Assembly: GCF_001194135.2 (NCBI RefSeq)
Contig: NC_068998.1
Location: forward strand, 38,757,395-38,821,394
Direction: 5' to 3'
Source of the DNA: Octopus bimaculoides
Taxonomy: Eukaryota
DNA length: 64,000 nucleotides
Part shown: piece by piece, positions 26,241 through 39,796 of the stretch
How positions within the stretch are numbered: position 1 is the stretch's first letter
Layout: every line of letters starts with the position of its first letter
Position numbers and translations under genes: made by a program
The notes under the pieces: generated by a model
Database searches by the model: none
What the model was told of the DNA's origin: nothing
The model's input: the letters and a program-made list of their open reading frames with translations, nothing else

Positions 26241-29200
26241 ATGCACGCATTCATGTGTGAGTGTGCTTCCCACCAATGCCAAAAAGTACAGTCGCCAAAA
26301 CAGGCTGAAAGTTCAGTCAGCTGTGCCAAACTGCCAGCATCCAAACAGCCATGCCTAGTTGTCTCGTTCCACTTTGACCCAGCAAATAAAAATTTTAAAA
26401 ATTCAGGACTAAAAACAAACCAGTGAAAGGTTATTTAAGTACTGATGAAAACTTTGTCTCCAACTATTGAATTAAGCATAAACAAACATCCATTGCCACA
26501 CTTCAGCCACACTTCAGCCACAACAAAAAGTGAATTTTAGCACCACAGTTTCATAAATAATATATTACTTCAGCTGTTTTCATTACCAATTTGCACCAAT
26601 TTATAGTTAGTTTAACCGAACCAGAGAACTTTAAGTGTCATGGACATCGGTACATTGCTACAGTGACCTCTCTCTCGGTACATGGCCAATGACACGACAT
26701 AAAACCTTTGACCTTATGACCAACAGTTTAAATCTTAATCTACCCCTGGCTCTCTGCAATCTTCTTAACCAGCCAATATTTGTTGCAAACTGATGATACA
26801 TTACAGTACACACCTTTCAAATCTTGAACTGTTCAGTGCAATGATGGCAAAGTTTGTTTTATTGCAGCAGACAGCAAGAGTTTCAGAAACAACTAAAATA
26901 AATAATTTTAAATAATTTAGAAAGTATAAACCGATCGCCATCATAAATTTTTTTCTGAAAAATATTGAAGTAACTTCCTCCTTTGCCACCCTCATTCCAA
27001 TGCCATTTTTTTTTTCCTTTTTTTTTTTCTTCTTTGTCGCAATTAGCTAAATGACAAATGAAATGAAGAAGAGAAAATAAATTAAATAGTAAAATTGAGA
27101 GAAAAATATTAAAAGGTAAAAATAAAACAAAATANNNNNNNNNNNNNNNNNNNNNNNNNNNNNNNNNNNNNNNNNNNNNNNNNNNNNNNNNNNNNNNNNN
27201 NNNNNNNNNNNNNNNNNNNNNNNNNNNNNNNNNNNNNNNNNNNNNNNNNNNNNNNNNNNNNNNNNNNNNNNNNNNNNNNNNNNNNNNNNNNNNNNNNNNN
27301 NNNNNNNNNNNNNNNNNNNNNNNNNNNNNNNNNNNNNNNNNNNNNNNNNNNNNNNNTGTGTGAGTGTGTGTGTGTGTGTGTGTGAGTGTGTGTGTGAGTG
27401 TGTGTGTGTGTGAGTGTGTGTGTGTGTTAATGTATGGCTGTGTGCAGATATGTGTGTCTTTGTGAGCAAACATGTGTGAATGTGTGTGTGTGTGTATGTA
27501 TGTGAATGTGTGTGTGTGTGTGTGGATGTGTGTGTGCACATGAATGTTAGTGTTTGGGGGTACAGCTGGGCAAGATTTGGGGGTGAGCTTTAGCAAAGAC
27601 AAAAAACAAGCAAAAAAATAACAAAACAAAACAAACTATAATAAACAATCTAAAGATAAAATAAATACAATAAACAAAATCTATAAAACAAAGAAACAGG
27701 AATAACAACATAAAAATATAAATGACAACACTATTAACAAAAAAAAATCATGCAAGGAATGAGGATGGGTGGGGGTGGCGAGGTGTAGCATGGAGATGAA
27801 TGGGTGGGGTGTTGGTGGTGGTGAGGGAGTCATATGGTGGGTGATCATGATGGTGGAAATGGTAATCATGGTGATGGTGGTGGTGGTGTTGATGGTGGTT
27901 CTGGTGGTGGCTGACCAGGGTGGGTGGGATGCTGTGGTGTGTGTGTGGGGTGGGGGGTGAATGAAAAAGAGAATTGTGATAGAAAGAGAAGAATGTGAAA
28001 TTGAAAGCAGAAGAGACANNNNNNNNNNNNNNNNNNNNNNNNNNNNNNNNNNNNNNNNNNNNNNNNNNNNNNNNNNNNNNNNNNNNNNNNNNNNNNNNNN
28101 NNNNNNNNNNNNNNNNNNNNNNNNNNNNNNNNNNNNNNNNNNNNNNNNNNNNNNNNNNNNNNNNNNNNNNNNNNNNNNNNNNNNNNNNNNNNNNNNNNNN
28201 NNNNNNNNNNNNNNNNNNNNNNNNNNNNNNNNNNNNNNNNNNNNNNNNNNNNNNNNNNNNNNNNNNNNNNNNNNNNNNNNNNNNNNNNNNNNNNNNNNNN
28301 NNNNNNNNNNNNNNNNNNNNNNNNNNNNNNNNNNNNNNNNNNNNNNNNNNNNNNNNNNNCACAAACACACACACACACACAGATGCATACATACATATAC
28401 ATGAACATATACACACATAAACACACATGTACATGATCACATACACATATAAACTCACAAACACACACACATATACACATACACACACGGACACACATAC
28501 AATCACACACACGTACACATATATAAACACGCACACAGAGGATCACACACACACAGACACACACATACAAACGATCACACACACACACACACGCACACAC
28601 ACACGCACGCACACACACACACACACACACACACTCGCGCACACACACACTCGCGCACACACACGCACGCGCACACACACACGCGTGTATGTGAAATAAA
28701 GATGTCAACATGAATCAAGGAAACAATATTTTGGCATCAAATATTTTCAAGTTAGATTTAGAACTATCATAGTTTGGATGACAAACCACTAATGACTATT
28801 TCTTCCACCACCACCACCACCACCACCACCACCACCAGCAACACTGCAGCTGCTGCCACTGCTGCTGCCGCCACTGCTGCTGCTGCTGTCATCACCACTT
28901 TTCATTGACCCTTTCCTCCTCCAACACCACTGATTCAGTGAATACTGTGACATCCACCATCAACAACAACAACAGCAGCAAAAACACCACCACCACCACC
29001 ATCACCATCACCATCATCACCATCGTCATTGTCATCATCATCATCATTGTCATCACCATCATGACCGCTGCTCATTTGAAATAACTACTACTACTACTAC
29101 TACAACTACTACTACTACTACCACAATCTGTGTCCTTATATTTTTGAACAAGAGAACCTAGCACTCCTACTCAGCTCAAAACATTATCTGTGTATCGCGA

Positions 29201-29474
29201 TTTCTGGGTTATTTCCCTTCCTCAGCACAATAATTGTTCAGCCAGAGGTGGCGCTGTGAAATTCCCATTCGAAACATAGTCTTCAAAGCGACAACTAGTC
29301 ACTGATTTATAAATTAGAAAATGTGTTGTATAGCCAGCTGGAGATGATGTCTCCTGGGGCTAAATTACAATAATATTAGTTCTAAACCAGGACTGCCAAG
29401 TTATGTTGGCAAACAATCTGTACTACAAAGTACTGTTGCTGAATATCTCTCGTTGTGAGATTTAAAAACAGTAA

Positions 29475-30101
29475 TTTTTGAAATTTTGAGAAGTCTGCTA
29501 CAAAGACATTGAACATGCTTCAGCAAGATTTATCGTGAGGAAGCAATGGGTCGTATGCAATGTTTCAAATGACACAGGCACTTCAAAAGTGGAAGAATGT
29601 CCCTGGAAGATGATGAGTGATCTGGAAGATCTGCCATGAGTGTCACTCCCAGAAATGTGGTATTGTGCATCAAGAATTATGTCCCCCAGGGTCAGATCAT
29701 CAATGAAGAGTTCTATGGCACCGTTTGGAAGCATTTGAGGGGGGGGGACATTCAGTGAAAGTGACCAGATCTGCGGAGCACAAAGAATTGGATTTTTCAT
29801 CGAGTTCTCCTCACTCGTGAGTTTCTTGCCAAAAAACAACATGGTATCGCTTCTGCACCTGCTCGATTCGCCAGATTTAGCACCTGTAGACTTCTATCCC
29901 TTCCCCAAGATGAAAAGGCAGGTCAATGGCCACCATCTTAACACCATTGTCAAAATCCAGACCAACTCGCAGAAGGGCCTTGACTCGATTATGGAAAATA
30001 ACTTCCAGAGACACTGGGGTTGGTGTATTGCTGAGCAAGGTGACTGTTTCACTTTTTATTAAACATAATTAGTTCGGGAACTCTTTTGATACTACCTTGT
30101 G
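29475..30101 (+). mobile_element. internally deleted mariner (D34D-type) transposon remnant
   Basis: HTH SAT.TL.ML...Y.EEAM...QCF.W...FKSGR.SLEDDE.SGR joined directly to IVHQE..PQGQ.IN.EFY and H..DSPDLAPVDF..FPKMK; 3' TIR gttcgggaactcttttgatactaccttgtg|TA. Confidence 0.88.
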
Positions 30102-30104
30102 TAT

Positions 30105-30480
30105 ATGGTAGAAAAACGCATGGTGAGGAGACAGTGCTTATAGCAGGCCAGAAGTTGGGCTGTGTCTTTGAGGAACTTTATACCAATCACCCAGATGGTC
30201 CTGTTCTGGTTGAATTCCAAGACGTCTGTATGTACAGCAACAGCGCCACTTCAGATATAAAAGCAATATTTCATTGGGCTGCAACATGCAGCAACACGTT
30301 CTTCAACTCTAATCTTGCAGGATTGGCTGCAAACTTGGGTGTTGCTACCCATAACACAGAGGAGAGAAAAATCAATACAGGCGCCTGACTGGCCACTACC
30401 AGTTTGTGCCGGTCATCATTGAGACATGAAGTGTTCTCAAATCCTGCGCTACCAGTTTCCTGCACAAAATCAGGATAAGA
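30105..30480 (+). mobile_element. CRE-like non-LTR retrotransposon RLE fragment, decayed
   Basis: HPDG....., FHWAATCSNTF.NSNL.G.AAN.GVA..N.EERK, then after a frameshift YRRL..HYQFVPVIIET..VL resembles RPDG..WD.TC.DT.A..AA..AE..K..KY..F.P.A.ET of the CRE clade. Confidence 0.7.
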
Positions 30481-30679
30481 GCAGCTGCAGCGAGTGTCAC
30501 TAGCCATTCTCTGTGGAAATTCCCTCACGGTCATTACCATGGGGCATGGCTGAGTATACCATTTGTCCCAGGGTGTGTGGCCCATCACCCCTCCCTATCT
30601 TCTGCTGCTTTACTCTCCTTTTTTCTTTTCTTTCTTTCCCTTTCTTATCTCTCTTTTTTCTTATTTTTGTGTATTTAGA

Positions 30680-30860
30680 TAATGATTTCAAATTTTCCCT
30701 TGAGGGAGGGAAAATTGATTACATCAACCCCAGTATTTAACTGGTACTTATTTTATCAACTCAGAAATGATAAAAGGCAAAGCTGACTTCAGCAGAATTT
30801 GAACTTAGAATGTAAGGATGAACAAAATTCCACAGTAACAATTCTGCCAGTTCATATTTA
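30680..30860 (-). mobile_element. SINE family B
   Basis: aatgatttcaaatttt..ctggtacttattttatc..aaggcaaagctgacttcagcagaatttgaact. Confidence 0.8.
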
Positions 30861-30918
30861 AATAATATTCCACTGTGGTTTTCACCTGAGCTTTGTAGAG
30901 TATCCCTGTTCCTAATTT

Positions 30919-30949
<31 letters not shown>

Positions 30950-31739
30950 GAAGGGGTACAAAGTATCTTCAAGCTCTGAGGAGAAGGGTCAGTTGTTGGA
31001 ATGTGGTGATGTTGAGGGTCTGCTTTTATGAGGATAGAGATCTTTGGTGACAGTAAAAACCAGCAAGTGGAGTGTTTGCGAAGATGAGTGTAGGTCATAA
31101 TTAGGTGTGTGTGTGTGAGGGAGGGGCGGAGGTAGGTGTATGGTGTGATGATATTTTCATGAAATGAGTAGCTTTTGTGGTTTCTTATTGTTAAGACAAA
31201 ATTGGCACATCTCGTGTGTGTGTGTGTGTGTGTGTATGCACGTGTGAGTATGTCTGTGTACACATACATAAATACACACAGACACACTCACACACACTTG
31301 CACACAGACACACACAAACACATGCACACACACTCACATTCTTACATATACAGACACAGCCAGTTGAAAATTCCAAACTATTTTTCCATTCAGTTTTATT
31401 TCTGTCTTCAAGACAGAAACAAGGAGGCTGGAAGAATGGATGTTAAGCTGTCTCAGATGTTCTTTCATTATTAATTTGTCCATATTTGAAAAGGAATTAT
31501 CGTTATCTGTAGTATATAGACAGACTTTCTGTGATGAAGACTTGAATATTAGCCTCAGAGCAATGTCAGCCAAATACTGCTCTGAATTTATTGGGATCGG
31601 AAATATCTTTATTTTAATATGAGAACAAAGTATGCCTCAATAAACGGAGCTTTTTAATTCAGCAGACATATGTTGTGAATATATCAACTGAACTTAGACA
31701 GTGAGTAGCTGGTGGGTCACAGAGTGGGCTAAATAGATA

Positions 31740-32190
31740 CAGTATGTAGATGCTGACTAGTTAGACAACGTGTGTAAATGTTGACTGGTTAGACAGTAGA
31801 TGTTATTAGAAATAGTGTGATGTTGACTGGTTGGACAATATGTGCATGTTGACAGATAATGTAGTGTGTCGATGTTGACAGAGATAGTGTGTAGATATTG
31901 ACAGCGTGTAGATGTTGACAGAAATAGTAATGTGTGGATGTTGATAAAGATAGTGTGTAGATGTTGACAGAGATAGTACATAGATATTAACAGTGTGTAG
32001 ATGTTGACAGAGATAGTGTGTAGATATTGACAGTGTGTAGATGTTGACAGAGATAGTTTGTAGATGTTGAGAAAGAAAGTGTGTGGATATTGACAAACTG
32101 TAGATGTTGACAGAGATAGTAGAGTGTAGATGTTGAGAGAAACAGTGTGTAAATGTTGATAGATATAGCAGTGTGTAGATGTTGATACAA
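31740..32190. repeat. ~22-bp minisatellite (AGTGTGTAGATGTTGACAGAGAT)
   Basis: About 19 degenerate tandem units visible. Confidence 0.9.
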
Positions 32191-32769
32191 TAGAGACAGT
32201 ATGATGATGATAATGATAATGATGATGACGATAATGATGATGGTGGTGGTGGCAGCAGTAGTGGTGGTGGTGGTGGTAACAATGATGGTGGCTGTCATGT
32301 TGTGTATTGATGATATATTGATGATTGATGATGATAATGATGATGATAATGATGATGATGATGATGAAGATGATGATGATGAAGATGATGATGATGATGA
32401 TGACAACAGTGGCAATGGTTCCTAAATCATCTCTTTATAGATGTTCTTATTTTACACATGCATGGTGTGTGTGTGTATGATGCTATTGTCTCCCCCTATC
32501 TTAACTAACAACATCAGCTCAGTTGTGTTTGCACTGAGCAGATGTATACATGTGTGTGTTTGCTTCTGAATATTGGAATGTCCAAACAACATTCTGTATT
32601 TGGAAGAATGAATATAAATTCCATTTCACAACAATTTCAATGTTATTTCCTTGCCATTCATAAAGCATTTCTTGTGGTTAGGATTGCATATCAGTCTGGT
32701 TTCTTTTTAAATGATGAGGGATATGCAAGCTAGGAAGCTTATTTTATGATGTATGATGTATGTGTATAT

Positions 32770-33930
32770 GCCATAAATTCGTTACATCATGGCTGTGAAA
32801 CATGGAGCAATGAATGTAGAAGTTTGGCAGTCATTTGAGGGACTATAAAGATGTTTCGGCAGTCATTTGAGGAACTATAAAGATGCTGTATTACATAACA
32901 GTGAAACATGTAGCAATGGGTGTAAAGATTCTGCAGTCATTGGAGAGGCTGTATAACGTGTATCAGAAATGTGATACTACTTGATAGTTAAACATGTATT
33001 TGTGAATGTGGTGGTTTTGACAGTGATTGGAGAGACTGCATGATATATATGTAGAGATCATAAATTTGATATCTTATAGCCATGTGAGATGGAGCAGTGA
33101 ACATAGGGTTGGAAGTGATTGGAGGAAGTATAAAGATGTGCTGAAAATGTGATGGTACATGACAGTGAAACATGTAGCAGTGAATGAAAAAATCCTACAG
33201 TGATTAGAGAGACCGTATGATGTTAAAAATTTGATACTGCATGTTCATGAAACATGGAGCAGTGAATGTAGAGGCATGTGTCAAAGATATCAGTGTAACA
33301 TGTAGCCATGAATGTAGAGATTCTGCACTTATTGGAAAGGCTGCATAATGTATGTGTTAGAAATGTGATACATGACAGTTAAACATGTAGGAGTGAATGT
33401 AGAGATTCCAGAGTGATAGGAGGGTTTGTGTGTTTGTATATCATACACTGTTTAAAAGTCACAAATTTGATACTGTATGTCCATTAAACATAAAGCAGTG
33501 AATGTAGAGGTATGTATCAAAAATGTGATACTATGTGATGGTAAAACATGTAGCAGTGAAATTCTGAAAATATAGGAAATTTTGTATGATATATATAAGT
33601 CACAAATTTGATACTGTAAGGCCATGAAACATGGATCAATGAATGTAGAGATTTAGCAGTGATTAGAGGGACTACAATGATGTATATGTCAAAAATGTGA
33701 TACCACATGACAGTGAAACATGTAGCAGTGAATGAAGAGACTCTGCAGTCATTGGCGAGGCTATATGATGAATGTGTCAGAGATTCAAAACTGCATGATG
33801 ATGAAACATGTAGTAGTGAGCAAGTGTATATTGGATATGTTAGAAATGTGAAACTACATGGTCGTGAAATATTGGGCTGTGAATGTAGGTGTTCAGCAGT
33901 GATTGGAGAGAATGTGTACTGCATGTGCTG
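32770..33930 (+). repeat. ~87-bp satellite derived from RTE LINE coding sequence
   Basis: About 14 units anchored on gtgaaacatg(t/g)agcagtgaatgtaga; the unit aligns with LINE positions 7013-7084 in this window. Confidence 0.85.
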
Positions 33931-34161
33931 AGATTATATTGCACGTGGCAAATTTATTGCAATATTGCACATGTGTAATAGTGAAGGTAGAATAAGTGCA
34001 AAGGAGCAGTGGTGCAAGACAAGGAAACAAGGAACAATAATGGTAGAAGGTCTGTAATGAAAGTGGGGGGTGGGGGTGAATTTAGTTTGATATCCAGTAC
34101 ACTTAGAGAGAAAGAGGAGGAGTAGAGAAAGGAAGAGATAAACAGATAGATAGATACACAG

Positions 34162-34196
<35 letters not shown>

Positions 34197-34502
34197 CGTA
34201 TAAAACTGTTTATTGAGTATATGAAGGGTATGATGCATCCTATGATAAAACAAAGAAAACAATAATTATATCTATATATAAAGGTATATATTACATTTAA
34301 ATTAAACATACACACACACACACACTTACATATACACACTTACATATACAAACACACATATATATGCACATACATACATATATATATAGGCACATATGTA
34401 TATATAGACACACACACACATACATACACATGTATGTGTACGAACATATTATACATACGTTCATACTCATTCACACACATACTCATGTACACACACACAC
34501 AC

Positions 34503-34533
<31 letters not shown>

Positions 34534-34696
34534 CACAAATAACTGGTTATCAGATCTCAGCAAGTTCCTATTGAATTAACAATGTCATCAGTAAGATGAA
34601 AAAGAATTCATTGCAATATAGAAAACATTTTTATATTGAATATTTGCTCTGTATATTGTTACAGATATCTGTATTGAGTCCTGTCTCTTCTGCTTT

Positions 34697-34751
<55 letters not shown>

Positions 34752-35184
34752 TGTATGCAGTTGTTATGGTCAATCAAATAATATGAATAAAATTTGAGAG
34801 AAAGAAAAAAACCAAAAAAAAATACTATGCTGAGTTGGACAAGCAAAAAAAGCACGTTCCTGAAAAGCGTAGAAATATAAAGCAAGAATTTTAAACAAAG
34901 ATGTGTACAATGAAGCTCGATACACCAAAGGAAGAAAAAGAAGCGAATCTGACATCTCAGGTGATACCTACCCTTTAGTGATGAAGGACGAAAAATAACA
35001 ATAACTGAGAATCATGGCAGACGCCAAGTAAAAATGACTATCACTGAATTGCCATATAAACCAGACTGTGAGATGTTGTTAGTAACTGCTGGTTACAATA
35101 TGCTTCATTGCATTGTTGTGACTTTCAAATGATGTTACCCCACTGGATAAGCAAGCAGGCCAAGAAATGAATACACATATATAG

Positions 35185-35338
35185 GCACAAGTGTGACTGT
35201 GTGGTAAAGAACTGAGAACCATATGGTTCTCAGTTCAGTCCTACTGCATGGCATCTTGGGAAAGTGTCTTCTACTATAGCCTCAGGCTGACTAAAGCCTT
35301 GTGAGTGGATTTGGCAGATAGAAACTGAAAAAACCCCG

Positions 35339-35371
<33 letters not shown>

Positions 35372-35550
35372 NNNNNNNNNNNNNNNNNNNNNNNNNNNNN
35401 NNNNNNNNNNNNNNNNNNNNNNNNNNNNNNNNNNNNNNNNNNNNNNNNNNNNNNNNNNNNNNNNNNNNNNNNNNNNNNNNNNNNNNNNNNNNNNNNNNNN
35501 NNNNNNNNNNNNNNATATATATATATATGTATGTATGTATATATGTATGT

Positions 35551-35582
<32 letters not shown>

Positions 35583-35815
35583 CTGTGTTTGTTCCCCCAT
35601 CCTTGCCACCACTTGAAAACCGGTGTTGGTGTGTTTATGCCCCTGTAACTTCGCAGTTCAGCAAAAGAGACTGACAGAATAAGTACTAGGCTTACAAAGA
35701 ATAAGTCCTGGGGTCAATTTCTTTGACTAAAACCCTTTAAAGTGGCCAGTATGTGGCCAGACTGGCCAGTATGGCCACAGTCAAATGACTGAAACGAGTA
35801 AAAGAATAAAAGAAT
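35185..35815 (+). mobile_element. full SINE family A (head, microsatellite and gap spacer, tail)
   Basis: Head 35185-35340 and tail 35590-35815. Confidence 0.88.
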
Positions 35816-37924
35816 ATACATATGATGGCTGTCCACTCATGACCAAAGAAGACCATCACTGACCATTGCTCATGCAAAATGACAGCAATGCCTACGCCTG
35901 AGGTTATTGCACCTGAAGCTGGCTTAACCCAGGCTGGTGCGTGTGGCTTCCATGCTTGCTGCGGCACCCTCCGACTCAAGTGGGCATTGGAAAGTCATCT
36001 CACCAGTGATCATGCAATCTCGAATTTTTGGTCCAATAAGGCTTGCATAGAACCTCAAAGGCCCTCTCCATCCTATTGACATGATCCAGAGAATAGCCAA
36101 AGCAAGATATCCAGTGCCAAAATGTCAAATAGGTTCAGGAATGTGGAAGTGCCATGATCTCAAGTGAAAGCAAAAGACCCCAGAATGTCAAATGCCATTA
36201 CCTTCATTTCTGGTTTTGTATCGGAGTAACGTTTTCCTAGAGACATGTTTTGTTTTCTGGTAATTATTTTATTGATCTCCATTTATCAAATTGCTACGTT
36301 ACAGGTTTAACTAAAAGAGATGCAATTCAGCAGACTGACTTACACTGGTCTCTAGGAGGTAGTGATGATGACAACAACGATGATAATGATGACAATCACG
36401 ATGATGATGATGGTGGTGCTAGTGTGTGAAAGCATGTAAGATGGAGAAATTGAGAGAGAGAGAGAGAGAAAGGCAAAAAGCAAATCTACATGGAAAGTGA
36501 TAACATGTAACAGTATTGAGTTCTTACAAGAAATGGGGGTCGAGTACTCACTACTCACACCACTAAATATACAAGTAACGCGTGTAGTGGGGTTGCAAAA
36601 TTTTGTGAAGAGAGGAAAACATAAACAACATTGGAAAGATCAAAGAAAAGACAGGTAAAAATATAGTAATTGAAGAAATATGCTAAGGAATTGTTGAAGA
36701 GGAGCAATTATTGGTGAAACAGGTGAAAGAGATGTCTAGTATTGAGATGTTATTTTGTGAAGGTGAGAAATAACAATAGACAGGTGAGAAACTAAGAATT
36801 CACAGGTGAATAGTTGAATAGGAAAATTCATTATTGACAAGTGAGACAAATTTATGTGGTATTGAGGTGAATACATAAGAAAAATGCCATTTAGTCAGTA
36901 ACTGGTGAGTTTGAGCATGTTAATGATGAGTAGAACCGAGAATCAGAAATCAGAAGACAGGTGCTTTGAGAGACAGTGACAGGTGAGCTAAGAGTCAATG
37001 GATAGGTAAAAAAGTAGTGAGGTAATTAAGGGAAAATACCATTATTGACATGAAGAATAATTATGTACTCATTGACATGCATGAAAGCATGGGTAAATTA
37101 AGTGGAAAGAAAAATGGCTTTGACAGGTGTGAAGTTAATTAAAGGTGATAAAAATTAAGACTGGAAGATTAATCACTTTCAGAATGAAACTTCTGGGTAA
37201 TGAACCAAATAAGGTTTGTATATTCTGTTTAGAATTTAGCAGCATTGACAAAGAAGAGCCTCTGCACAGTTGCTTGACTTGTTAGAAATAACAGTTAATC
37301 TGCATCCACCTCTAATCACATTCTACTATCTTAGAAAAGAAGGACTTATTGGATAAAAGAGATCTTCATAAATAATGATAATGATAAAATAACAATAATA
37401 GTTTCAAATGTTGGTGCAAGGCCGGCAATTTTAGTGGGTATAATGAACTTATTGTATATAGTGCTGAATTGTAGTACACTGGATACAGTGCCACTAAGCA
37501 TTTTACCTGGCATGCTAACGATTCTACCAGATTGACACCTTTCACAATGCAAATATTGATCTGACTAAGTATTATTCGGACGTTGTTCAGCCCTTATCAG
37601 TGTTCATTTAATCCATTACCTACCAGTGATCTCATATGAGATCACTTAAAAATTACAAATTTCGTAATTATCTGTCAATATTTATACATATCTAACCTTT
37701 TTGCTATATCTACTTGGTATATTTCTCTGATATTCAAATGAGGTTTGCTAATTTTTCACCCAATATCTCGCTTATTTCTATTTAATATGTTATTTTGAAA
37801 TGTTATTTTGATGATTCCAGCGTGTTTCTAAGGCTGTTTTATGCTAGAAATCAAAGTTTCATAAAAAAATTCCAGTTAATAGAATTATGGGAGGTAATGG
37901 GTTAACTTTGCTGTCACCAGAATG

Positions 37925-38190
37925 GTGAAGGTGCATAGCTTTGTAATCTTAAGGTTGTGAGTTCAATTCCTGGCAGTGCATTGAATCCTTGAGCAAGACA
38001 CTTTATTTCCCATTGCTCCAGTCCACTCAGCTAGTATATTCTATGTCACACTGAATATCCTTGAGGACTACATTAAGGGTACATGTGTCTGTGGAGTGCT
38101 CAGCCACTGGCACATTAATCTCACAAGCAGGCTGTTCCATTGCTCGGATCAACTAGAACCTTTGTTGTTGTAACTGGCAGAGTACCAGTG
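37925..38190 (+). mobile_element. SINE family E (tRNA head, CTTGAGCAAGACACTT core, gagaactacattaagggtaca tail)
   Basis: Shares its tail with 46902-47287 (-) and 49625-49955 (+). Confidence 0.8.
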
Positions 38191-39204
38191 CCACCAGAAC
38201 AACTGTGACAAACTGATAGCCATACAGAGAATACTTACAGTTTAGACAAAAATGATATAACAGACGTATCAGTTTGACAACCATTAACAAATTACTGGCA
38301 ATAGTGAAAGTAGAAACGACTGACTGCATTACAGAAAATAGTTCTTAGGTTTTTGCTCTCTGAGATTCATTCAATAGTGAGATAGTTTTAAATGTATTGC
38401 TTTCATAATCTTTTATTGGTTTCAAAAAGTTTTAGCTGATTATGTCACTGATTATGTCAACTCCAGTTATCTGGTAATTATTTTATTGATCTCTATTTAT
38501 TAAATTGCTAAGTTATATTTTTAATTAAGAGACATAATTCAGTACACTGGTTTACACAGGAAAACACAAATACAATTGCAGGCACGCACATCCACACATA
38601 TACATACATGCATGCATGCACACACACATACATACAGATACACACATACATGAACACACACACATACACACACACATACACTCACACACACACACACACA
38701 TGTATACATACACACACACAAATGCACACGCACACACAAGCATGCACAGACACACACATACACACATGTACGTGCACACACAGACACATGCACCGACATA
38801 CATACACACACAGATTGATAGATTAAGTACCAGGCTTAAAAAATAAGTCCTATGGTCAATTTGTTCGGCTAAACCCTTCAAAGTAATACTCCAGTATGGC
38901 CACAGTCCAATGACTGATGCAAGTAAAAGATCAAAGACAAAAGTCAATTTACATCTTCTTCCTTGTTTTCCATTTCTTGTAACTTCTGTGTATTAGTTCA
39001 TCAGATCAAAATGTTGTTGACAGGTCAGTGTGATACAAGGAAAGAATTAGCTGCTATTTTTAGCAGTTCAAATAACCACGTAAAAACGATCCCATTGGTT
39101 GGCAGTCTAGCGAAAGGCAATTAGTTGTTAATATTCTTTTCTACCCTAGGCACAAGGCCCAACATTTTTGAGGAGGTAGGGGGGGGGCAGTCAATTAGAT
39201 CGAC

Positions 39205-39470
39205 TGAGGGTCTCTGAGACTGGTGGAAAGGACAGATGTAATCCTCAATTGAGGACCTGGTCCAAATTCTTTTAGTAGAATAAACTCCAGTAAAGACTCC
39301 CAGGAACCAGGGTGGAATGATAATAAACCAAATGACAATCTGAGTCTAGCATCCAAGAACTCAGAACACACAAAAAATTAGGACCAAATACCACAAGGTA
39401 TTTTGCTCATTGCTTTAACAATGCTGCCATTCCATTCTGGAATTTTATCAATCCTTGAAGGATGAAAGCT
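39205..39470 (-). mobile_element. chimeric B-headed repeat; inverted partner at 41768-42032
   Basis: About 265 bp, reverse-complementary to 41768-42032 at roughly 85% identity by eye. Confidence 0.8.
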
Positions 39471-39796
39471 ACTTAATTTATCGACCCCGAAGGGGTGAAA
39501 GGCAAAGTCGACCTCGGTGGAACTTCAACTCAGAACGTGAGACAGACGGAATGCTACTAAGCATTTTGTCTGATGTGCTAACAATTCTGCCAGCTCACTG
39601 CCTTGCATTAGTTGTTAATATTGCAAAAGACATAAGGTGCTGAGCTGGCAGAATCGTTAGCATACCAGGCAAAATGCTTAATGGGATTTCATCCATCTTT
39701 ACATTCTGAGTTCAAATGCTGCTGAGGTCGACTTTGCCTTTCATCCTTTCAGTATCAATAAAATAAATACCAGCTAAGCATTGGGGTTGCAGCAGA

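Noticed and set aside
26635-26695. Hairpin gtgtcatggacat...atggccaatgacac with a miR-281-like seed
   Set aside because: The stem is only ~16 bp with bulges and a 24-nt loop, and the sequence beyond the seed does not match the miRNA as I recall it.
29243-29258. CTCF-like motif ccagaggtggcgctg
   Set aside because: Only the 3' half fits the consensus, and a single partial hit is expected by chance.
31740-33930. CRISPR-like repeat-spacer array
   Set aside because: Eukaryotic context; the units are degenerate tandem repeats without unique spacers, and there are no cas genes.
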